A DNA stretch of 63,147 nucleotides, filler included, from Globobulimina sp. (GCA_003354225.1; 54 parts of 54 records of this genome joined end to end with filler, not necessarily neighbours in it); one strand, 5' to 3'; positions 47,934-59,840 are shown, counted from the whole stretch's first letter. Numbers and translations are program-made. Notes: generated by a model from the letters alone, not told the origin.

Positions 47934-48130
47934 NNNNNNNNNNNNNNNNNNNNNNNNNNNNNNNNNNNNNNNNNNNNTTAATTAATTAANNNNNNNNNNN
48001 NNNNNNNNNNNNNNNNNNNNNNNNNNNNNNNNNAACTTAACAGTATCACCAACAGTCACAACCAACGACATTTTAATTGATCTGGAAGTAAAACTAGAGT
48101 TTTGATAGAGTTTTGTTGCTTAATTATACC

Positions 48131-49104
48131 ATGGGAGCTTGTTCTACTAAATATCCACCAGAACACAAACCAAACAGCACCGTAAAATACCAATACACAT
48201 TTCACGAAGATATTGTAACAGACACAGAACAGAAACACATTGAAACAGATGATGAAAGCCCACAAATCGAAAACAAGAACAATACAAAAACAACCCATCC
48301 CACTCCGTTATCCATGTTACGTCCCGTATCCACAGTAAACATCGACAAAGTGGTCTATGTCCCGAAAGTGAGCAAATTACCCGGCCGCAAAGTATGCATT
48401 ATCGGAGCTGGTCCGGCGGGCATTCACATGGCCTCATTATTGATCAAAATGGGCTACAAATCGGAGCAAATAATCTTATTAGAAAAAACAAACCGATGTT
48501 GTGGCAAATCGATGACAATTCCTGATGCCAATAACAGTCAATATACAACTGCCGGATGTCCTGATCCAAGTGCTCCAAATCACTACGATGGCCATCATAT
48601 TGTGCACGAACTGGGCACTTGTTACTTACATCCAGAATATCATATTATTAGCTCTTTGATCAAAGAGTACGATCCCAGCAACATCGAGATCCCCTTCTGT
48701 TGCGGCGATGTGTTTGGCACAGAGTTGAATGCGAAAATAGAGCAAAAGGGCGCTGCCGCTGCGTTTGAACGGGTTATGTTTAACGATTGGGTGCTGACTG
48801 AAATCAAAGGCAAAGTGAAAGAGAAGGGGGTCCCGCTAATTCCAGACAAATATTTGCAGAAAATCCCGCATTTTATAGCGGGTGGCGCCGCATTCGAAAT
48901 TGCAGTGCAACAATACAGCAAAGTATGGGAGGAAATCTGTGGAAAACGAAAGCAAACTCGGGACAAAGTTCGGTGCTTTCCGAGGAAACCGAGTGCTGCA
49001 AACATGAAACGTTTAAATTGCACGTTTTTCGAGTTTCTGGTGGAGAATAAGTTGGAGACTTTGATTCCCGCATTGCTGTATTCGCAGTCCATGCAAGGTT
49101 ATGG
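48131..49104 (+). CDS. FAD-dependent oxidoreductase, polyunsaturated fatty acid isomerase (PAI)-like / amine oxidase fold
   Basis: VCIIGAGPAG, LEK..CGKS.T, HELGTCY and TFFEFL...QGYG; N-terminal MGACST. Confidence 0.75.
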
Positions 49105-49204
49105 NNNNNNNNNNNNNNNNNNNNNNNNNNNNNNNNNNNNNNNNNNNNTTAATTAATTAANNNNNNNNNNNNNNNNNNNNNNNNNNNNNNNNNNNNNNNN
49201 NNNN

Positions 49205-50275
49205 AAATGTGCACATATTTGGATAAATAATGCATGGCTTTGGAATATAAATCGTTGATTTTTTTAATTTGTTTCATTTCATTCTTCTCATTATTTTGTC
49301 CTTTTTGATCATAAATCTCTTTCTTTAAACTCGCCATATTCTCATAAGTTGAGCCCAATTCATAACACAAATCCTGTACCAAATCTTCATACGCATTCAC
49401 CGATAATTGCGCTTCAATCGCTTTTAATAAATTGATTCTCCGCTTATGTAATTTGCATTTAACCGACAAATCCTGCTCAAAAAAAGCTAAATATTTATAT
49501 ATCGTTGATATATGCTGTGATATCTTGGTATGATCCGTCACAAATCCGTCCAACACATAAAATTCGATCGCATTCATTAAATGATGCAAACCGGGGATGA
49601 ACAGCTCCTTTGCCTCCTTATAAGTAGATGCTAATTCCATTTCCGGCGGTTCTTTTAACTCAATATATTCAAACATAGTCAATGAATTATCAATCTTTAA
49701 CTGCTCATCCAATGCAATCAATGTCTCTGTATTTGCTAATGCTTTTTCATCCGAATCAGTGTCTGTCGCCTTATATTGACTGCCAATGCCATACGATTTC
49801 TTCAGTAACTGAGTATATAAAATCCCCCATGCTTTCTCAATATCAGCTTTCGTCCGTTTCTCATCCTCTTCATCATCGAATATATTGACATCCTCGTCGT
49901 CGTTGCTGTTGTCGTTGTATGATTTTATGGATTCTGATATCTTCCCAGCTGCTTCTATGCAATGTATGGACTGTCTGAATTTCTCCTTTGTTACATAGAA
50001 TGAAGCAATATTTAAGGCATTGACGAGCCATTCTTTTTTGTTTAATGTGTTTTTATCATATTTTAATTGCCTTTGTAGTGTTTTACGACAGTAATTTGCA
50101 GATTTTTCAGCGTTACCAACATTTTTATATAACTGAGCAAAATAAAATAAAGTGTGCGTATATTCTGATTCAAGTTTGTTTAAATGCTGTTTGTTGATTA
50201 AATGTAGGTTATTATTGCTATAACATTCTTTGTAGAGTTGTTCGGATTGATCTAAATATTTTTTACTTTTTTTTT
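49205..50275 (-). CDS. KIFBP: KIF-binding protein, internal fragment
   Basis: YTHTLFYFAQLY..SANYCRKTLQRQL, FYVLDGFVTDH, LAFFE..KCKLHKRR and IKKIN. Confidence 0.92.
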
Positions 50276-50464
50276 NNNNNNNNNNNNNNNNNNNNNNNNN
50301 NNNNNNNNNNNNNNNNNNNTTAATTAATTAANNNNNNNNNNNNNNNNNNNNNNNNNNNNNNNNNNNNNNNNNNNNCAGAATTCAAATCAAATATTTATAA
50401 AAATAAACTTATTCCAAATATTCAAACTATTTTTTTAATTCAAAATTATATTCGAACAATTCAT

Positions 50465-51446
50465 TTGTCTCAAAAATCATTCTCAACCGGTTTGGTATTT
50501 TATTATTGGCCTTTCACAGACGGACTAATTGAAGAAGAAGACGAAGAGTATCAATATCAGCGAAATAATGGATATTCAGTCAAAGATTTATTAGTGAGTC
50601 AATATTTTGTATCATTAAAACAAGAGATTTTACACTCTGGTTTTGTTTTTATTAAACAATGGAAGGAAAAGATTGCATTTAAAGCAAAACAATATTATAA
50701 AAGTCAAAAAGTTAAAAATATTAAAGCTAATATGTGGGCTCATTGGAATAATCATGGAATAAAAGAGGGTGATTTAATGAGTGAGTATCATTTGCAATGT
50801 TTAATAATTTATTGCGATTGGACTGATTTACAGAGTTATTTTAGTGGTACATTTAGGAAAAAAAATGAATTTGAATCAATACAAATATTAAAAAAAAGAA
50901 ATTGTAAATTTTATCATCTATCCAAAGGATTAAGTGAAGCGGTCACTGATTTTGGCATTAATGGTGGAGGTGAATGGGAAGGAGATAAATGGGAACCATA
51001 TATTAAAGGACATAGATCAGAGGGACCCTCATCATTTTATTGTGGTTTATCTTTGGTTTTAACTCTTTCCTCATTTGCCATATTTTTAAGTGGACCCTGT
51101 TCCACAACAAAAGTTGAGGAAATTGCAATTAACTTTGCTACACGCGATGGTATCATTATGCAATTAATTAATGATGAATCAAACGCCAAATTTCTAAATT
51201 ATTTTGATTGTAGCTGGATTTCAAATTTTTCAGATGAAAATGAGAGATTATTTATGTTTACAAGTACCAGATTAAAAATTGAGTCAATAATAATAATTGA
51301 GACAGCTAAAAATTATAAAGAGTTTTGCCATGCAGTTTATTTATTCGATCATATCATATCTGGCGTATATACATGCGACTATAGTAATAATATAAATGTT
51401 TTAGCATCAGATATTTTAATATTAAATGCCTTAATAAATAATAAAT
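50465..51446 (+). CDS. Divergent ADP-ribosyltransferase-fold protein, family copy 2
   Basis: FYCGL, PCSTT, AINFA..GIIMQL and FDCSWISNFSDENERLF. Confidence 0.6.
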
Positions 51447-51546
51447 NNNNNNNNNNNNNNNNNNNNNNNNNNNNNNNNNNNNNNNNNNNNTTAATTAATT
51501 AANNNNNNNNNNNNNNNNNNNNNNNNNNNNNNNNNNNNNNNNNNNN

Positions 51547-52617
51547 CAATTTCCAATATATTGTTTGAAAAACATCATTTCATAAAAAGCCAAAAATGTT
51601 TCCAAACAAAATTCATGTCGAATATGTGAAAGAAACTCATAAAATAAATTTTCATCCAAAAAAATATTTTTCAGCATTAAATGATTTTGAGTTTGTGTTG
51701 AGTGCAATTGCATTGATTGTAACACCCACTTTGTAGATATTAATTGAATTCCAAAAACTCCACAACAAATCAAAAAGTAACCAGTAAATGTAACAGCATC
51801 TTCTAACCATTTCAGTCTAATAAGTGTATAAAGTAACATAAATACCACAACCACACCAAATATAGCACCGATTGTCCTTAATATGTATTTAAATTCCTGC
51901 CGAAGCAATAAATGATCATTAAATGTTGGCGTGGCCCAACGAACAATACCAATTAAAACGGACGGAATTAGAGCTTCCAACGTTACAACCAATAGAAAAA
52001 CACTTGCACGTTTCTGATATGCTGCGCTTTTTCTATATTCATCTGTCATTGAATGGAAATCCCATGGAGTCCTACAGCACAATAAATGTATATGCAAACA
52101 CTGTACAAGTTGTGAAATTTGTTACATACCATAAGAAGAATGGGATCAATGTACTTAAGAACCACATAGAAGCAGCAAGCTTGGATATAAACGTTTTTTT
52201 GCCCAAAAAAGGTTTATATTTTACAAAAAAATTATCGTAATCCACCGCATGTAGATTTTGTTCAATATCTAAATATTTTTCATTCAACATATACCCCCAT
52301 TCATTTTGATGCACTGCCCGGTCATATTTGACATCGAAATAATAGAGCCATAATCTGGAAAGTAAGCAATAAACTATGCCGTATGCGGAGGAGATAAATG
52401 GATGGAACACATTGAAATTTATCATGCCAACTAATTCTAATGGCACTGCCATACCACATATTATTAACATCATTAAAAACCCGTTCTGAATGATTACAAT
52501 ATTGGCATATCTTTTGCTAATTTCATTGTGTTTTCTTAAAGAGAAATATTGCCAGGTATATAATATCCCGATGGGCAGAAAAATACAGTATGATATAATA
52601 GTAATAATTACAACATA
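51547..52617 (-). CDS. 7TM-RGS protein, internal fragment; intron 52072..52129
   Basis: Multiple TM helices followed by the RGS start FYEFLSHIRHEFCLETFLAFYE; the intron joins the two ORFs (FFLW|TPW). Confidence 0.8.
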
Positions 52618-52717
52618 NNNNNNNNNNNNNNNNNNNNNNNNNNNNNNNNNNNNNNNNNNNNTTAATTAATTAANNNNNNNNNNNNNNNNNNNNNNNNNNN
52701 NNNNNNNNNNNNNNNNN

Positions 52718-53787
52718 TGCTTTTCGACAGTATGCATAGTCGGTGACATGGTTGTTTGCATCAATTACCTGAACCATGTTGTAATTTTTCTCTATGGGCG
52801 GGATGGGTTTTACACTGGAATTATGTGAATTTGCTTCATCGGCATATATATATTGTTCAGTAAAAACATCACGTATATATTGTTTTAAAAGAAAATTGTC
52901 CTGCCTGTAGTGAAAATTGAGTTCAATACCATCCGGTCCGGAAACGTTTATCAGCCGAGTGGGTGCCTCACTGTATGGGGTTCCATAATTGTACGTGAAA
53001 TCCAGTGAAGGGCTGTAGTTGAATTTTATCTTACGCCCGACAGCATCTGTGATCTGAGTAACAACGCTGCCGATGCCGGTATTTTTATAATCAATGGTTA
53101 AGCGGTTTCCATAACGATCTTCAACATAATTGAGTGCTCCAGGTATAGGTGGCCCATAAAACAGGCTGGAAAGCAACGATGGCTCATGTTTGATACGAGA
53201 ATTGCCTGGCGCTTTAGTAGATGCATATCGTTCCGGATTTACTGGAACAGGAATGCGTGGGCGTACGGGTTTCTGATAACTATAAATCGTACCGTCAAGC
53301 GAGCGAAAAGTAAAACTGCCAGATGTTTCCTGCAATGTGCCGTGATACGTGCATTGGGATACCCATTTGTTTTTTATTCGTTTGAAATGAGTGCCATTGA
53401 CTCGAACGTAACGAGGAGACGGGTCATTTTCAGGAAGTTTATGAAAGGGAAGGATTTTACCCTGAAAAGCATCAATCCATGGCGGTAAATTAAACGGTTG
53501 TATTTTCGAAGGTGAAAACACATTGTGGCGAACCTCATCGCTATTAGGAAATTGTACATTTGACCCAACAAGGATTGGAAGAACGTGTGGAATAAAAACC
53601 ATATTACGTTGGTCAATTACAGGATTTTCTTGCGGCGGTCTAAATGTTCCATCTACATATTCTATAAAAACAACTACATCTCTAGCGTCTTTTAGATCGT
53701 CTACGTTAATAGTGCCGATTATTGTTCCTTTTTTTGTAGCTTGAACATCTGTTTTATCACTTCCAAGTACATATATATTGGACAACA
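52718..53787 (-). CDS. Bacterial cupredoxin-like N-part joined in frame to an RHS/YD-repeat region
   Basis: IDQRNMVFIPHVL..G..V.FPNSD..HNVFS, then VEDRYGNRLTIDY, ITDAVGRKIKFNY and VIDANNHVTDYAY. Confidence 0.75.
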
Positions 53788-53902
53788 NNNNNNNNNNNNN
53801 NNNNNNNNNNNNNNNNNNNNNNNNNNNNNNNTTAATTAATTAANNNNNNNNNNNNNNNNNNNNNNNNNNNNNNNNNNNNNNNNNNNNAAAGCAAAAACCC
53901 TA

Positions 53903-54812
53903 ATGACAATGGCTGTTTTGTTAAAAACAGAGGAGAAGAAAGAAGCACCAAGTACACCAAAGCAGGAGACATCAGCACGTACATTGCCATATGACGTTTA
54001 TGATAAAAAAGTGTACGCCGAAAAACGTCGATCTCGTTTTATTACATTTGGATACCTTCGCAACGAACAAACCACATTAAATGTAGAATTACCACATGAT
54101 TTATTAAACATAATGTTTACATTTTATTACAATGATAAAATCAAAGAATTACTGCGAGAATTACCTATAATCAAAGAAGCCAAATCCGGATTATTCATCG
54201 AGAAGTTAGCACTCTGTCACATAGTTTTAGATTTTAGTGTCGATGGTTTAGAAGCTACCTACCAATTAGCTAAAAAACAAAAAAACCAATTTCTTAAAAG
54301 AAATAACTGATTTCATTGCGGCCAAACCATGGATATCAAGCACCACATTACCAGCCATGATTGATATGATTGCGCAATTTATTTCGTTCCTTACCACATT
54401 GTACCTCGCCATATGTGAATGCATTGTCGTTTGTCAATGATGACGACGATGATGTACTTGCAATGGCTGTGCAAGCATATGAGAATCCGGCATGGAGCCA
54501 CTTGCAATTAGTATATGATATGACATGGCGAGTAATGAATACGCCTCAATTTACTGCTGAAATGATGCAGAAACACTTAAATCATTCGTTTTTGCTCAAT
54601 TTGGTTCAGCTGTTTGCATCTCAACATCAGCGCGAAAGACAATTTTTGATGATGATATTACATGTAATATATGGACGATGTTTGGAATTACGAGAGCAAA
54701 TACTAAAAATTATGAGCGATTATTTATATCAAGTTATCTATGCGAATAGCTGTAATATTTATGGTGTGGTTGAATTGTTGCAAATAATATCTGCCATCGT
54801 GCCTGGGCTAAA
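53903..54812 (+). pseudogene. PP2A regulatory subunit B' (B56)-like, with two frameshifts (about 54300 and 54370)
   Basis: LFIEKL.LC..V.DF, NLFRSLP, PAWSHLQLVY, LF.S...RER.FL..ILH.IYG and GV.ELL.I lie across three frames. Confidence 0.75.
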
Positions 54813-55237
54813 GGTAATGTTTTTTTATACATTTGAGTTATTTTATGCCAACGGAAATGTTCTTTTCTGTGATAAAATTAACTGTTTCAACATGTGAGAT
54901 AATACGCATATAGTTATAGTGAACCAGCTGTTTCTATAAACTCAAACAACATTGAAANNNNNNNNNNNNNNNNNNNNNNNNNNNNNNNNNNNNNNNNNNN
55001 NTTAATTAATTAANNNNNNNNNNNNNNNNNNNNNNNNNNNNNNNNNNNNNNNNNNNNAGACACAAAAAAAAAGAGTTTGTAAGGACATATTTAAAAAAAG
55101 ACATATTCAAATGTGACATATTAAAAACAATTTGCTGACAAACATGTACAAAACAACATTTTTTTAAAATAAAATATTAAAATAATGAGTGTACGTATGT
55201 TATTGTGATTGTATTGTTTTTTATTTGTATTTTTTGA

Positions 55238-55759
55238 TTATTGTTTATTGAAATCATTATAATTTTTGATTGATCCAAATTGTTGACGAAAAAAGAAATG
55301 ATTTTTCCACCTTGGATTCCTTGCATCAATATGTTTATTTTTAATTCTTTCTTGTCTTTCTTTATTTTCTTTTTCAACAATATCTTTGCCAAAAGATGAT
55401 AAATGGCCAATTTTATAATTCTTAATAAATGGCATCTCATGATTTCGATAATGAGCACGAAATAAATTATATAATGGTTCTAAATCTTGACCACCTGCAA
55501 ATAATAATTTATTATGTAAACCTTTATTTTTTAATATCATTTTAGAAATATCATAAACATCACCGCCAAATGTCACCCAACAATCATTACGTTTATTATG
55601 TTGATGTACTTCATCTAATTTAATATCACCTGCAACCTCTTCTAATTTTACTCGAGCTGGTGGATAATGTCCTGGCCAACAATCGGATCGTTCGGTTCTA
55701 ATCATTTTGTAAATGTTTCTTATTCTCAAATTATCCCAACAAGTATTGCAGATAATCAA
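55238..55759 (-). CDS. Cytochrome b5-like domain protein (sulfite-oxidase-type b5) lacking HPGG
   Basis: EVHQHN..DCWVTFGGDVYDIS..KNKGL..LLFAGGQDLEPLY..H..YKIGHL. Confidence 0.75.
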   Translation of the reverse strand: MIICNTCWDNLRIRNIYKMIRTERSDCWPGHYPPARVKLEEVAGDIKLDEVHQHNKRNDCWVTFGGDVYDISKMILKNKGLHNKLLFAGGQDLEPLYNLFRAHYRNHEMPFIKNYKIGHLSSFGKDIVEKENKERQERIKNKHIDARNPRWKNHFFFRQQFGSIKNYNDFNKQ

Positions 55760-56227
55760 GACAAAGAGAAAGAGCTAACTCTGGAAGCCTGGAAGTTTAA
55801 TTTTAGAGTTCACTGAAGTTTTCAGTCAAAATGTTAGCCTTGAGATTTTCGGCAAATATTATAATTCCTTTGTGGATCTCAGCGGATGCAATTATTGCAA
55901 TAAAGATAAATCAAATAACGTTTATTAAAAAGTGTGAAGTGTCGTTTATTAATTCATGTGAATGTATTGAAGTTATGCCACGAGCAGTGAGACATATTGA
56001 GACTGAGTGGCAGATCAATATGACAATTATCAAAACATTTGGCCCATTGTTTGAGTTTTCTTCTCATATCGAGACATCTTAATTGCAATACTTCCTCATT
56101 CGCAGTTCCTGCACAATACAAAATATCNNNNNNNNNNNNNNNNNNNNNNNNNNNNNNNNNNNNNNNNNNNNTTAATTAATTAANNNNNNNNNNNNNNNNN
56201 NNNNNNNNNNNNNNNNNNNNNNNNNNN

Positions 56228-57051
56228 CAATACGGCCATTGTCCAAAGCAATGTCCATTTATAAGTATGTTTATAATGCTGCAATATGCAAAAAAAAAGA
56301 AAAATCCGCAGCTATAAATATGGCAGCACTCACATTTAATTATCCCAACGAAGTGCAAAATTGTACGATATTAAATAATCAACACATTGTACAGATTAAT
56401 ATTGGTTCAAAATGTACATTATCTGTACGTGGCAAAGTGTATCAATTAAAGCAATTTCATTTCCATACTCCTGCGCAACATGCAATTGATAACAAACACT
56501 ATGAAATGGAGATGCATTTGGTTCATGTTAATGAAAAAAATGAAGTTGTTGTTTTAGGTATATTTATTTCAAAATGATTCAGTTTCAAACTGAAAAAAAT
56601 CAGTTTCAAACTGGATTAAAATTTTTTTCTCCATTTAAGTTCCAAACGGAAACTTAAATTTAGTTTGAAACTGAAAAAAAACAAAAAAATGATAGGTTTT
56701 ATATTTTCAACGCAATCGCAACAAAAGAGTGAAGGCAATGATTTTTTACACCAATTCTGGGATGAATTGCCATTAAATAAGACAGCGGATGGTATGGAAT
56801 TAAATAATGGGCTAAGTTTTGATTATTTATTTGAGAAATTAAGTAATAATTTTGTAAAAACAGTAAAAACAAAGGAGATTAATATTGATATGGAATTATT
56901 GGCGACACCGCCATATACACAGGGCGCACAATGGTTGGTTTCGAAAACCACACATTTTATTAGTAATAAACAATTAGAAAAATTAAATGGTTGTTGCAAT
57001 CATGATAATAATGCTAGACAGACGCAAAAATGCTTTGGTAGAACTGTTTAA
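56228..57051 (+). pseudogene. Alpha-carbonic anhydrase, degenerate; intron 56558..56695
   Basis: QFHFH and EMHLVH zinc ligands and NNAR are present, but the QSP region is frameshifted and the Y-Y-GSL segment is missing before TPP. Confidence 0.75.
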
Positions 57052-57408
57052 TTTCAAAATTTATCAATATGTACTTATATATCTTTCGTTTTTTATTAAT
57101 TTTAGTTTTTTTAGAGATTAAAATACAATAAATTAACCACAGAAATTAAACTTGTTATAAAGTTTTAAGATGTTTATTTTTTGAAATAGTTTTTTTAAGA
57201 AAGTTTTCAAAGTCACAATGACACAATTTTCCTCACACTGGCAAGGTACACACCTTTTCTTCACAGCACCACATACAAAAACATAGTCATATGTTTTNNN
57301 NNNNNNNNNNNNNNNNNNNNNNNNNNNNNNNNNNNNNNNNNTTAATTAATTAANNNNNNNNNNNNNNNNNNNNNNNNNNNNNNNNNNNNNNNNNNNNATT
57401 TTCGTTAA

Positions 57409-57626
57409 AGGCATTGTCCCAACTTGTAGAATTTGAAAGGTAGTTTCGCAGTTGTCCCAACATGCACACCGTCAGATTTGAAAGAAAGAGTGGATATTGT
57501 TATCCACAGTCTACAAGTTGCCATGTCTACAAGTCATGTACAGTCTACAACTCATGAACAGTCTACAAGTCATGCACAGTCTTGTACATGAAATGTTGTA
57601 GAATTCTACAAGTTGGGACAACGCCT
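57409..57626. mobile_element. MITE with about 25-bp TIRs and internal 18-bp repeats; TTAA/TTTA flanks (Kolobok-like)
   Basis: AGGCATTGTCCCAACTTGTAGAATT / AATTCTACAAGTTGGGACAACGCCT; CAGTCTACAAGTCATG-like repeats at 57507..57580. Confidence 0.8.
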
Positions 57627-57634
57627 TTTACAAA

Positions 57635-58467
57635 TTATTATTCGTGTTTCATTGGATCCAGGATACATTTCAAGAATTTCTTCATCTTTATCAAAATAAT
57701 TTGAATTAAATAATAATGGTTTCTTAATATATTTTGGCGGATTGGCATCACGAACATATAAACATTGATTATATTTATTATATCCCCATAAATAATATTT
57801 ATTATCCGCTGTTTTAACAATATTATGATGTACACCACATTTAATATCAATAATTGTTTCCTTTTTTAATGTTTCATTTGGTTGCGGTAAATATACAGTT
57901 TCATCTGAACCATTACCACATTGATACCACTGATTGTCTCCAAAACAATATATCTTATTTATTTATTAAAATATATTTGTAAAAATAAATAAACACAACA
58001 CAAAAAGATCAAAACTTTCTTATTTAATGATAGTAATATATTATGATAATAACCACAACATACAGTATTTTACCAATTTTAATATTGTTTTGAATAAAAT
58101 ATTGTATTCTTGTTGGTAAATATCTTGTTGGTAAATATCTGTCTACCATATCCACCATATCCCCACGACCAAACACCATAATTATCATCAAGTGCTAAGC
58201 TATGAGAATATCCACAAGATATATCCTTGGATTTTATTTTTGTTTGAATTTCTTGAATATTTGGGGATGATTCAATATCTTTACCTAATCCCAAACCACC
58301 TAAACCATTATCATAAGTTCATAACCAGCAACATATATTTTACCATTATCACTTAAAAATGTTGTATATCGCCTTGCTGTGGCTACTTTTTGAATTGATA
58401 ATGTTGTATTAATTGGTGTCCATTTATTATTATTTTCTTCATTTGTTTTTATACCAAATTGATTATA
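57635..58467 (-). pseudogene. RCC1-repeat protein, fragmented by introns and/or frameshifts
   Basis: ISCGYSHSLAL..VWSWGYG, CCGYYHN, CFGDNQWYQCG and IKCGVHH..WGYNKYNQC occur in different frames. Confidence 0.65.
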
Positions 58468-58568
58468 NNNNNNNNNNNNNNNNNNNNNNNNNNNNNNNNN
58501 NNNNNNNNNNNTTAATTAATTAANNNNNNNNNNNNNNNNNNNNNNNNNNNNNNNNNNNNNNNNNNNNG

Positions 58569-59510
58569 TTCATTATCGGTGTAGAAGGTGTAGGCCATCA
58601 CCTATGGGAAGATATATTTGACTCATTATCTCAATATACACCCAACATAGTAATTGACAAATACTACACTAGCAAACGAAAAGCACCAAGCAGTAACTTG
58701 CAGCCATGTTTGTTAACATGTTTTTCAGCAACGCTTTGGGCAGAGACTAAAGTAACATCCGTTTTAGAAAAATCTTTGTCAATCCACTGTCCCTCCTGTC
58801 TGAAACACATAAATAATTCGTGTCATTGCGTCTTGACGGAGATACAAAAGTATTCAGAGAACTTGCCAGATGGAAGTATATTATTTCTGAACCATGCGTT
58901 GAGTTACACTTTCTGGGATTTGAATGTAAGAAACCATCCAGATTTAAATGTATTTATTGACTATTTCCAAGGTGACACATACAATAACATGAGGAATATA
59001 TTTGATGTGAGATTGATTGTAATGAAGAGAGATTATATAAATTCTATGGTAAGTTCATGTGTTTCTAGATTTAATGGTTGTATTAAAAGGATACAGTTTC
59101 TGAGTAAAATGTTGAGTGTTATACAAGCGCAGTTGATTAGCATTGATACACAGTTTTGGATCATGTTGGATTATGATGATATTATGAAAAGGAAGCATAT
59201 GTATGTGGATATTGTGAGTGATTGGATTGGCGTTGATAAGCAATTTGTGAGTGATGCATTGGAGGATGCTGTTAAAGTTAAAAAAAAGAAGGAAGGAATT
59301 CATTTATATAAAGGTGTTGAAAGAAGTGGGTGGGATAAACTGAGATATGATGTGCAGGACATAAAGGATAGAGATGCGCATATAGCGATGAAAAGGGTGT
59401 TTTACCAGCAAGGAAAGAACCAATGGCCAGTGTTTAATAGCAGTTATTTTGTGGTGCAACCTGAGAACAGAGCATTTTTAGATTCGAAGTATCATCTTCA
59501 GAGAAAATAA
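58569..59510 (+). CDS. Sulfotransferase-like P-loop protein, 5'-partial
   Basis: FIIGVEGVGHH in frame upstream of the listed ORF, plus LIVMKRD...S and LDYDD. Confidence 0.65.
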   Translation, partial: FIIGVEGVGHHLWEDIFDSLSQYTPNIVIDKYYTSKRKAPSSNLQPCLLTCFSATLWAETKVTSVLEKSLSIHCPSCLKHINNSCHCVLTEIQKYSENLPDGSILFLNHALSYTFWDLNVRNHPDLNVFIDYFQGDTYNNMRNIFDVRLIVMKRDYINSMVSSCVSRFNGCIKRIQFLSKMLSVIQAQLISIDTQFWIMLDYDDIMKRKHMYVDIVSDWIGVDKQFVSDALEDAVKVKKKKEGIHLYKGVERSGWDKLRYDVQDIKDRDAHIAMKRVFYQQGKNQWPVFNSSYFVVQPENRAFLDSKYHLQRK

Positions 59511-59840
59511 TTAAAAACATTACACTTTCCAACATCCACTACTTTTCACTCTACCTCAACAACAACAAAAAAGCATGGCTACTTTAATGTGCAATGTTAA
59601 TTTGCTGAGATATCCGTTGAATGGTTGAAAGATTGATNNNNNNNNNNNNNNNNNNNNNNNNNNNNNNNNNNNNNNNNNNNNTTAATTAATTAANNNNNNN
59701 NNNNNNNNNNNNNNNNNNNNNNNNNNNNNNNNNNNNNCATGATTTTAAGTTTTTGATCTACATGTCGGGTCACGAAAATCAGCCCGTATAAGGTCGAAGC
59801 AAGGACTCTTCCGTTGTCAGAATAATAAGGCTAAAAAGAG

